From NCBI GenBank assembly GCA_046484145.1, contig JAWOBS010000308.1, forward strand, positions 1 through 33,277: a stretch of DNA of 33,277 nucleotides, read 5' to 3'. Below the pieces are notes generated by a model. That model saw nothing but the letters and a program-made list of their open reading frames with translations, did not search any database and had not been told where the DNA came from. Positions 19,382 through 26,827 of this stretch are shown in pieces. The first letter of the stretch is position 1; every line of letters starts with the position of its first letter. The translations under genes and the position numbers were made by a program. Origin of the DNA: Bacteroidales bacterium (GTDB taxonomy: Bacteria > Bacteroidota > Bacteroidia > Bacteroidales > UBA7960).

Positions 19382-22300
19382 ATGTTAAAATTATTTTACA
19401 CACTGTCCATTTTTTTGATTTGGACATTGAATATTTTTGCTGTTTCTTCAGAAGAAAAGCCTCTTGCAAAGCATTACGAAAGACAGCCATTTAAAAATTT
19501 TACTCAAAGAGAGTATGGTGATACCTGTAGTGCCCAAAACTGGGCAATCACCGAAGATGCTCATGGCGTTCTATACTTTGGTAACGCATACAGAGTGTTG
19601 CAATATGATGGTGAAGCATGGAATACCTCACGAATTCCCCTTCACGGTGTATACGTCACAGCTCTTATGGAAGGTAGAGACAAAAACATTTATGTAGGTG
19701 CAAATGGAGAATTCGGCTTTTTAAAGCCAAATAGTATTGGAAAGCTTGAGTATGTTTCTTTATCTGATTCCCTTGAAATTGAAGATTCTTTTTTTAGCAA
19801 TGTATGGAGAATCTATAATTATGACGAACAAGTTTTGTTTTTTTCCCAGGAAAAGATTTTCCTTTGGGATGGTTCTCAAATTAAAACTATTGAGCCCGAA
19901 ACATCTTTCCACCTGGCATTTGTAGTGAACGGAATTTTGTACGCCAGGCAAAGAGAAATAGGCCTGATGAAATACAATGGCAATGCTTTTGAGCTTTTAA
20001 AAAATGGAGAAATTTTTAGTGATTATGGAATTTTTGGAATTTTTCCCGGAGATGATAATGAAGATTTTCTTTTAGTAAGCCAGGAAATAGGGCTATTTAA
20101 GTATTCTCCAATTAGCTCTAAAGGTATAGTTTCTCAAGACAGTCCTTACACCAGGTTTTTAAACAAAGCACAGATAATTGGTGGAATAAAATTGCATAAT
20201 GGCCTTTTTGCTCTAAATACTCTTAATAATGGCGTGATTATAATTAATTCCGAAGGGGATATAACTCAAATTATAGATCAAAATACCGGATTGCCCGGCA
20301 ATGAGGTTAAGCAAGTGTACCAGGACCGTAATAATAATCTCTGGATGAGTTTGAATAGTGGAATCAGCATGCTAAATTACAATACGGGAATAGCAGTTTA
20401 TGATTATAATACCGGTCTTTGGGGTACGCCACAATCTGCTGTATTACATGAAAATCAATTATATGCCGGCACATCTATAGGGCTGTTCAAAAAGATTGTT
20501 TATCCTGACGATAAGGTTTTTAAACATTTTAAACAAATTGGTGATATTAACCTTGACGTAGAAAAAATGATTTCTGTCAGGGATAACTTAATTATTGGCT
20601 CTCCTGATGGATTATTTGTTTGGAACAACAGAACTGGCTTAAAACAAATAGATGATATTGATGCCTCTAGTATTTATTTTTCAGAAGAAAAAGAACTTCT
20701 TATTGCCCTGGGTGAAAATGGCCTTTTTATTTATACAACAAAACCAAAAATACGGCAGTTAGCTTCATACAGAGAACTTTCTTCCGCAAATTCGTTGAAC
20801 ATTCAGGAAGTAACATCTGATAATGAATTACTCGAACTATGGATAGGTACATTAAACGAAGGTGCGTGGAATGTTATTATTAAACCCGACTTCACTTATG
20901 AACTTGATATTTATCTCGGACAGCAAACAGGCTTGGGACAAACCTGGGTAAGGCCTTTTAAATATGATGATGAGGTATTGTTTGGTGTATCCTCTGGCTT
21001 AATGAAGTTTCTAAGAGACTCAACTGCGCAAACAAGTGACTCTACTGGAGAAAAACGCAAACTCGGATATTTTGATTATGTTGATATTCCGGGAGTTGAC
21101 TCTGTATCTGTTTTATTTGTTTCCCAGGATCATAACAGGACATGGGCTTCTTTTGACAATAAGATATATTATGGAAAAGATTTCAACAATCTGAAGCACA
21201 GGCCTTTTAATGTAATCAATGCCGGCCGGATTTTTAATATTTTTCCTTTGGATTCGGCAGTGGTATGGTTAGCAGCAGATGATGGATTAATTAAAGTCAA
21301 TACATTATGGCGTGATGATTATACTCAGAATCCTTTAATCAGCTTCAGGAAAATTCTTACAACAAATGATTCTGTTATTTTTTATTCTCCGGAAAGGATA
21401 GAACCAGAAAGAATTATTTCATTGCCATACTCTTCAAACAGAATAGTATTTGAATTTGCATCGCCCTTTTATGAAAATGGGAATAAAGCAAAATATTCAT
21501 TTTGGTTGGAAGGCTTCGAAGAACGCTGGTCTGAATGGTCAGAAAGTAATTTTAAAGATTATATTAACCTGCGTGAAGGAGAATATACTTTTTTTGTGAA
21601 AGCAAAAGATATTTATGATAATGAAAGTGAAGCCATTTCTTTCGTGTTTAGAATTATGCCTCCATGGTACAGAACTTCCTGGGCATATGTCGGTTATGGA
21701 TTATTAGCGATACTGATAATTTTTGGCATAGTTAAGTTAAGCTTAATGAGGCTTAAAGCAAAAAATATTCAGCTTGAAAAAATCATTGAAAAGCGAACTG
21801 AAGAGATAAGAGCGCAAAAAGACGAAATATCAAGACAACACAAACTTGTTGTACGGCAAAAAGAAGAGATAACAAGCAGCATCAGATATGCCAGCCGTAT
21901 TCAGAATGCACTGGTTCCTGATGAAGAATTCCTGAAATCTTATATTCCCGAAAGTTTTATATTCTGGATTCCCAGGGATATTGTAAGTGGAGATTTTTAC
22001 TGGGTGAAAGTTAGTGAGCCATATATTTCAATAGTAGCAGCAGACTGCACAGGGCATGGCGTGCCGGGTGCATTCATGAGTATGTTGGGTATAGCCTTTC
22101 TGAATGAATTAGCCTTGAGAGAAGAGCCCGGCAAAGTTTCTTCTGTGCTTGAGCAATTGCGCGGGAAGATAAAAACCACTTTAGGACAAACAGGTAACCG
22201 CTCTGAACAAAAAGACGGAATGGATCTGGCCTTTTGCACAATAAACATGGAAACTAATACCTTGTATTATGCCGGTGCCAATAACCCATTATACCTCATA

Positions 22301-22618
22301 CGTAATAATGAAATTATTGAATACAAAGCAACAAGAAATCCTATTGGAATACATCACCGTGAAAAGGCATTTGAAACTCACACTATAGATTTAAAAAAGG
22401 ATGATGTTATTTATTTGTTTTCTGATGGCTACAGGGATCAGTTTGGTGGCGACAAAGGGCTTTGCATGGGGAAAAATGCATTCAGGGAGCTGCTTTTAGA
22501 AATTCACAATATGCCGGTCCTGAAACAAAAAGATATTCTGGAACAAAGACTGAAAGGATGGATGAGAGATGAGTACTTTCAGATTGATGACATACTCATT
22601 GTTGGTTTGAAAATCTAA
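19382..22618 (+). CDS. Membrane sensor phosphatase: two-component-regulator beta-propellers, Y_Y_Y domain, TM, SpoIIE/PP2C domain
   Basis: Propeller repeats (QNWAITEDAHGVLYFG, QDRNNNLWM) and Y_Y_Y domain (YSFWLEGFEERWSEW...YINLREGEYTFFVKAKD). PPWYRTSWAY followed by TM. PP2C motifs VSGDFYW, DCTGHGVPGAFMS, DGMD, FSDG and QIDD. Confidence 0.92.
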   Translation: MLKLFYTLSIFLIWTLNIFAVSSEEKPLAKHYERQPFKNFTQREYGDTCSAQNWAITEDAHGVLYFGNAYRVLQYDGEAWNTSRIPLHGVYVTALMEGRDKNIYVGANGEFGFLKPNSIGKLEYVSLSDSLEIEDSFFSNVWRIYNYDEQVLFFSQEKIFLWDGSQIKTIEPETSFHLAFVVNGILYARQREIGLMKYNGNAFELLKNGEIFSDYGIFGIFPGDDNEDFLLVSQEIGLFKYSPISSKGIVSQDSPYTRFLNKAQIIGGIKLHNGLFALNTLNNGVIIINSEGDITQIIDQNTGLPGNEVKQVYQDRNNNLWMSLNSGISMLNYNTGIAVYDYNTGLWGTPQSAVLHENQLYAGTSIGLFKKIVYPDDKVFKHFKQIGDINLDVEKMISVRDNLIIGSPDGLFVWNNRTGLKQIDDIDASSIYFSEEKELLIALGENGLFIYTTKPKIRQLASYRELSSANSLNIQEVTSDNELLELWIGTLNEGAWNVIIKPDFTYELDIYLGQQTGLGQTWVRPFKYDDEVLFGVSSGLMKFLRDSTAQTSDSTGEKRKLGYFDYVDIPGVDSVSVLFVSQDHNRTWASFDNKIYYGKDFNNLKHRPFNVINAGRIFNIFPLDSAVVWLAADDGLIKVNTLWRDDYTQNPLISFRKILTTNDSVIFYSPERIEPERIISLPYSSNRIVFEFASPFYENGNKAKYSFWLEGFEERWSEWSESNFKDYINLREGEYTFFVKAKDIYDNESEAISFVFRIMPPWYRTSWAYVGYGLLAILIIFGIVKLSLMRLKAKNIQLEKIIEKRTEEIRAQKDEISRQHKLVVRQKEEITSSIRYASRIQNALVPDEEFLKSYIPESFIFWIPRDIVSGDFYWVKVSEPYISIVAADCTGHGVPGAFMSMLGIAFLNELALREEPGKVSSVLEQLRGKIKTTLGQTGNRSEQKDGMDLAFCTINMETNTLYYAGANNPLYLIRNNEIIEYKATRNPIGIHHREKAFETHTIDLKKDDVIYLFSDGYRDQFGGDKGLCMGKNAFRELLLEIHNMPVLKQKDILEQRLKGWMRDEYFQIDDILIVGLKI

Positions 22619-22624
22619 TTTCTT

Positions 22625-23395
22625 TTATGATCTCATCTTAAACCAGGAAATAATTATTGAAGTTGCTATTGCGGCATTTAATGATTCCGGCTGATATCCA
22701 GGATTATTGATAAAGGCAGGAATAGTTATTTTAGAAGTAATATATTTTTGTAGTTCTTTTGAAATGCCTTTTGATTCATTACCAATAACCAATAAGCACT
22801 CTTTTGGCGGTTTGGTCTCAGAAAGCTTTTCTCCATCAAGTGATGCACCGTAAACCGGTATTGAAAATTTTGCTGCCACAGTATTAAAAAAATCACTTAG
22901 CTCAGTATGAATAACATTTAACCTGAGAAATGAGCCCATTGTTGACTGTATAACTTTTGGGTTGTATAGCTCAACTGTATCATCGGAACAAACAATATTA
23001 CGTACTCCAAACCAGTCAGCAGTTCTGATTATTGTACCAAGATTACCGGCATCCTGGATATTATCAAGGACAATTGTAATATTAGCTTTTAAGTCAATAT
23101 CCTTTGGATTAATTGTTTGAGATCTAGCAACAATAAGTGCATTGTTAGGAGTTTTTAAAGCGCTGATCCGCGAAAGCTCCTTCTCTGTTATTTCATATAC
23201 ACAATCTTTACCACTGAGTAAAGTTTCATTATTTTCAATCCAATGCTTCAAGGCATAAATACCTTTAATACCATAATTACTTTGCAGCAATTCACGACAA
23301 ATTTTATCACCCTCGGCAATAAACAGGCTTTGTTCCTTCCTGTTAATTTTTCTATGTAAAGCCTTAATGCTTTTTATTGTTGCACTTGTTAGCAT
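22625..23395 (-). CDS. TrmH/SpoU family RNA 2'-O-methyltransferase
   Basis: LDNIQDAGNLGTIIRTADWFG, VIGNESKGIS and ESLNAAIA SPOUT motifs. Confidence 0.93.
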   Translation of the reverse strand: MLTSATIKSIKALHRKINRKEQSLFIAEGDKICRELLQSNYGIKGIYALKHWIENNETLLSGKDCVYEITEKELSRISALKTPNNALIVARSQTINPKDIDLKANITIVLDNIQDAGNLGTIIRTADWFGVRNIVCSDDTVELYNPKVIQSTMGSFLRLNVIHTELSDFFNTVAAKFSIPVYGASLDGEKLSETKPPKECLLVIGNESKGISKELQKYITSKITIPAFINNPGYQPESLNAAIATSIIISWFKMRS

Positions 23396-23411
23396 AGTTA
23401 TGGATTAACTT

Positions 23412-23475
23412 TTATAAAAAAACTCTTACAAAAGTACAAAGCTTTGATTAATGCTTTATATTCTGTAAGAGTTTT
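23412..23475 (-). terminator. Long imperfect hairpin plus U-tract; likely terminator of rpsF-rpsR-rplI, overlapping a -7 box (TACTTTTG, 23429-23436) for the TrmH gene
   Basis: AAAACTCTTACA (23419-23430) and TGTAAGAGTTTT (23464-23475) are perfect reverse complements, extendable inward with mismatches. The plus-strand A-run reads as a U-tract on the minus strand. Confidence 0.6.
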
Positions 23476-23519
23476 ATCTATGAAAAATGAAAAGCTTTTT
23501 TCCAGTTCAAACTGAAAAC

Positions 23520-23969
23520 TTATTCACCTACAACTTCAAAATTAATTTCAGCTTTGATTTCTTTATGCAGGTTAATAGTAGCTGTGTATGTTCCAATTTC
23601 TTTCACGGTATCTCCATCAAGCATAATTTTCTTACGGTCAACCTCAATATCAAATTGATTCTTAATAGCTTCTGCTATTTGAAGAGAAGTAACTGATCCA
23701 AAAATCTTTCCTGATGTACCGGTTTTTGCACCAATTTTTACATTAATACCTTGTAATTTATCAGCTAAAGCCTGGGCTTCTTTTCGGATTTTATCCTCTT
23801 TAAAAGCTCTTTGCTTAATTGTTTCTGCTAGTTTTTTCTTTTCAGAACTAATAGCCAAAATTGCCAATCCTTTTGGGATGAGGTAATTACGAGCATAACC
23901 CGGCTTTACATCAATTATATCGTCTTTATATCCTAAATTGCGGATATCTTCTTTTAAAATAATTTCCAT
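23520..23969 (-). CDS. rplI: 50S ribosomal protein bL9
   Basis: MEIILKEDIRNLG...VKPGYARNYLIP and GKIFGSVT. Confidence 0.98.
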   Translation of the reverse strand: MEIILKEDIRNLGYKDDIIDVKPGYARNYLIPKGLAILAISSEKKKLAETIKQRAFKEDKIRKEAQALADKLQGINVKIGAKTGTSGKIFGSVTSLQIAEAIKNQFDIEVDRKKIMLDGDTVKEIGTYTATINLHKEIKAEINFEVVGE

Positions 23970-23981
23970 TTTTTATCTCCT

Positions 23982-24254
23982 TTATTTTAACAAGTCTGCA
24001 ACGAATGGTAATATTGCAAGATGTCTTGCTCTTTTTATAGCTTTTGATACTTTATGTTGGTATTTTACTGAAGTACCTGTGAGACGACGAGGTAAAATTT
24101 TGCCTTGTTCGTTTACGAATTTTAATAAGAAATTCGCATCTTTATAGTCTATATACTTAATACCGGATTTTTTGAACCGGCAATATTTCTTTTTTTTGAT
24201 ATCAACAGCGATAGGTGCCAGATATCTGATTTCTGAGTTTTGAGGACTTGCCAT
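23982..24254 (-). CDS. rpsR: 30S ribosomal protein bS18
   Basis: KKKKYCRF...IDYKD...[10 protein letters not shown]...AIKRAR, with a Bacteroidota-type N-terminus (EIRYL). Confidence 0.98.
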   Translation of the reverse strand: MASPQNSEIRYLAPIAVDIKKKKYCRFKKSGIKYIDYKDANFLLKFVNEQGKILPRRLTGTSVKYQHKVSKAIKRARHLAILPFVADLLK

Positions 24255-24279
24255 AATATCTCCTTTTTATTTTATTAAA

Positions 24280-24633
24280 TTATGATTCCTGAGTTTTTGC
24301 AGCTTCTTTTTCTCTTTTTCTCTTTTCATTATATGCAACAGCATGTTTGTCTAGAGAAACGGTTAAGAAACGCATAATGCGCTCATCGCGTTTTAATTCA
24401 ACTTCATATTCAGCTATAAGCTGGCCTTCGGCTTTGAAGTTAATCAGGTGATAAAAACCTGTTGATTTTTTCTGAATCGGGTAGGCAAGTTTGCGCAGAC
24501 CCCAGTGCTCTTCGAACACTATTTCGGCGCCCTTCTCTTTAAGATAGGTCTGAAACTTACTTACCGCTTCCTTCATCTGTTCATCAGACAAAACGGGAGT
24601 CATAATGAAAACGGTTTCGTAGTGATTTAACAT
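24280..24633 (-). CDS. rpsF: 30S ribosomal protein bS6
   Basis: [25 protein letters not shown] and DERIMRFL. Confidence 0.98.
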   Translation of the reverse strand: MLNHYETVFIMTPVLSDEQMKEAVSKFQTYLKEKGAEIVFEEHWGLRKLAYPIQKKSTGFYHLINFKAEGQLIAEYEVELKRDERIMRFLTVSLDKHAVAYNEKRKREKEAAKTQES

Positions 24634-24677
24634 TTTATTGTTTTTTTGTTAATAAAAATTTATTTAAAAACGGAGCG

Positions 24678-24685
24678 CAAAGATA
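24678..24685 (-). promoter_or_regulatory. -7 element (TATCTTTG) of the rpsF operon
   Basis: Minus strand reads TATCTTTGCGCTCCG about 45 nt upstream of the rpsF ATG, the typical Bacteroidota housekeeping promoter context. Confidence 0.7.
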
Positions 24686-24745
24686 GGAAAATAAATTTAT
24701 ATGAAAAAATAATCCTTACTTTTACTGCAAAATTTGTTACAACAT

Positions 24746-25639
24746 ATGGCTAATACTGATAACAAGCCTGCATTAATTGACTGGCTGACCTTAATATTTC
24801 TAATGTTTGTATGGGGCAGCTCATTTATTTTTATAAAAAAGGGCTTAATAGCTTTTTCTCCTTTGCAAGTAGGAGCTTTGCGTGTTGGTTTATCTTTTAT
24901 AGTATTGCTCCCCTTCACAATATCCAGATTGAAGAGAGTAGAAAAGGGAGATATTAAGTTTTTCATTTTAGCAGGTTTGCTGGGAAACGGGATTCCTGCA
25001 TTTTTATTTGCAATAGCACAAACCCGCCTCGATAGTTTTATGGCAGGAATATTAAACTCTCTTACTCCTGTGTTTACCCTGGTAGTTGGAATATTGTTTT
25101 TTGGTATCCGTGCCAGGTGGTTCAATATTCTTGGTGTTTTCATAGGGCTTATTGGTGCTGTTGGCTTATTATGGTCATCATCCAACGGTAATATTTCTCT
25201 CAATATCTTTTACTCCCTTGCAGTTATAGCAGCCACGATTTGTTATGCCTTTAATATGAATATTGTCAAAAGATTTTTATCCAAATATGATACTGTGACA
25301 ATTGTATCAGTTGCTTTCTTGTTTATTGGTATTCCTGCACTGATATTTATTTTTACATTTACCGACTTTCTGATGGTAATGCAAGCAGGCAATCAATCAT
25401 GGATCAGCCTCGGATACATTGTTATCCTGGCTTTTGTTGGCACATCATTAGCCGTTATTTTGAACGTAAGAATTATTAAACGTACATCAGCAGTTTTTGC
25501 TTCCAGTGTTACATATCTCATGCCTTTAGTCTCTATTATGTGGGGCGTCTTGGACGGAGAAGCCTTCCTGTTAATATTTATTCTTTGGATAATTGTAATT
25601 CTCGGTGGAGTATATATGGCTAACAGGAGAGGAGTTTAA
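24746..25639 (+). CDS. DMT/EamA family transporter
   Basis: About 10 TM helices, WGSSFIFIK, AGILNSLTP and SVTYLMP. ATG at 24746. Confidence 0.92.
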   Translation: MANTDNKPALIDWLTLIFLMFVWGSSFIFIKKGLIAFSPLQVGALRVGLSFIVLLPFTISRLKRVEKGDIKFFILAGLLGNGIPAFLFAIAQTRLDSFMAGILNSLTPVFTLVVGILFFGIRARWFNILGVFIGLIGAVGLLWSSSNGNISLNIFYSLAVIAATICYAFNMNIVKRFLSKYDTVTIVSVAFLFIGIPALIFIFTFTDFLMVMQAGNQSWISLGYIVILAFVGTSLAVILNVRIIKRTSAVFASSVTYLMPLVSIMWGVLDGEAFLLIFILWIIVILGGVYMANRRGV

Positions 25640-25678
25640 TATAACTTACCGGGAAGTTGAATTAAACTTAAAGTCATA

Positions 25679-25885
25679 TCAACCTCCGCTGATTAAATGT
25701 ATTACATTAACCTTATCGCCATCTATTATTACTGCTTCTTCGTAATCTTCAGGCTTAACAACATTGCCGTTTATTTTTACAACTAAGAATTTAAATGTAA
25801 AGTTCTTAATGTCCAGCAATTCTCTTACTGTCATTTGCTCTTTACCTGGGAATTCTTCATTCCTGTTGTTAAGTGTAATCTTCAT
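25679..25885 (-). CDS. thiS: ThiS/MoaD-family sulfur carrier (ubiquitin-like) protein
   Basis: 68 aa beta-grasp pattern (MKITLNN..., VVKINGNVV, DGDKVNVI) ending in Gly-Gly. The pathway assignment is uncertain. Confidence 0.8.
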   Translation of the reverse strand: MKITLNNRNEEFPGKEQMTVRELLDIKNFTFKFLVVKINGNVVKPEDYEEAVIIDGDKVNVIHLISGG

Positions 25886-25890
25886 AAAAA

Positions 25891-26406
25891 TTAAAATATT
25901 TTCCGGGCTTCAGTTTTTAGAAAATCCAACGCCTTTTTTGTTGCCAAACGGTCAACACTCATATCAAGTACTTTTTTGCTAAGGTCTGCTGAGTTTGAAT
26001 CTTCTTCTAATTGCCCGGCAGAAGTGTTGATTTGTCTTATCATTTCCTCTTTGGCCTTTTTTACCATTTCCCAGGCTTTATTGGATACATATAATTGTTG
26101 CGAAAGATTATGGTCATATTCCTCCCTTATGGTATGAATAAGGATTTGGTGAAATTGTGTTGCAGACAAACCCGCTTTGTGAGTTCTTATTACCAGGTTA
26201 GCAGGAGATATTCTTTCCAGAAACAGGATTATCCTTTCATATGCCTGTAACCTGACCGGCAAAGAAACTTTTCTCTGTTCTTCCAGCATTGTTAAATGCC
26301 TTTTTTTTAATTCATTCTGAAAGAATTCCCTTAATAGAAAATATGATGTCGCAAAGACAATTCCCGCAACTAAAATTATAGTGAGTAAGTTATATACATT
26401 TATCAT
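25891..26406 (-). CDS. Conserved Bacteroidota hypothetical membrane protein
   Basis: N-terminal TM, then LPVRLQAYERIILFLERISP...IREEYDHNLSQQLYVS...W, a pattern I recognise from Bacteroidota hypotheticals. A -7 box TATTTTTG lies at 26439-26446. Confidence 0.82.
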   Translation of the reverse strand: MINVYNLLTIILVAGIVFATSYFLLREFFQNELKKRHLTMLEEQRKVSLPVRLQAYERIILFLERISPANLVIRTHKAGLSATQFHQILIHTIREEYDHNLSQQLYVSNKAWEMVKKAKEEMIRQINTSAGQLEEDSNSADLSKKVLDMSVDRLATKKALDFLKTEARKIF

Positions 26407-26466
26407 GATTTTTTTCTTTTAATAAGATATCAGGTTTGCAAAAATACACAATATCTAATGATTTGA

Positions 26467-26664
26467 AAATGTTTTCTTGACAATCTTAAGCTGCGAATCA
26501 ATTTGCATTACCGGGATCATCACCTGGTTTTAACAGAAGATTTTCTTCTCTCAGAAATGCCTCATGCATTTGATGTTTCCGGCTTACCGGAAGATAAATA
26601 TATACTGCATATTTTATATGAGGATGATCCTTTACACGTGCAGCAAATTTTAATTAAAAGGTAA
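26467..26664 (+). pseudogene. Probable remnant of a T9SS type-A C-terminal sorting domain
   Basis: Stop-free frame translating ...LRINLHYRDHHLVLTEDFLLSEMPHAFDVSGLPEDKYILHILYEDDPLHVQQILIKR*. It resembles the DxSxLxxGxYxL...KxxxK CTD pattern and has no upstream gene body. Confidence 0.5.
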
Positions 26665-26747
26665 TGTGGTTGGTTGTGTAATAAAAAAGAGACTACTTTT
26701 ATCCTTTTAACTTCCCTTTATTTTTATTCAAAATAAGTATATTTTGC

Positions 26748-26755
26748 TAATTTTG
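26748..26755 (+). promoter_or_regulatory. -7 element (TAATTTTG) upstream of the aminotransferase
   Basis: TAnnTTTG match about 70 nt before the ATG at 26828. Confidence 0.45.
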
Positions 26756-26827
26756 CTTTTTCAGTATTATAAACTGCAAAAAATCAAAACATTAATTATT
26801 ATTTCATATAAAAATATATAAATTGTT

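Noticed and set aside
7486-22618. Signalling block as a mobile island or prophage
   Set aside because: There is no integrase, transposase, tRNA or flanking direct repeat, and no obvious compositional shift by eye.
24634-24677. Possible S6:S18 ribosomal leader RNA before rpsF
   Set aside because: The inferred leader is short and almost entirely A/U, and I could not identify the conserved hairpin plus CCR element by eye.
24697-25203. 168-aa minus-strand ORF, and similar antisense or nested ORFs (e.g. 1530-2006, 4701-4985, 16958-17305, 23487-23696)
   Set aside because: These are shadow frames of well-supported genes, with no motifs or independent start context.
26505-26554. TPP-riboswitch-like words on the minus strand (CTGAGA at 26549-26554 and TGATCCCGGTAATGC at 26505-26519) upstream of the hypothetical-thiS unit
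   Set aside because: The P5 partner and GCG-AGG after TAATGC are missing, as are the ACCTGAT context and the GGG/CCC P2 pairing. The -7 box at 26439-26446 lies downstream of these words, and the same DNA reads better as a T9SS CTD relic on the plus strand. A cmsearch with the Rfam TPP model would settle it.
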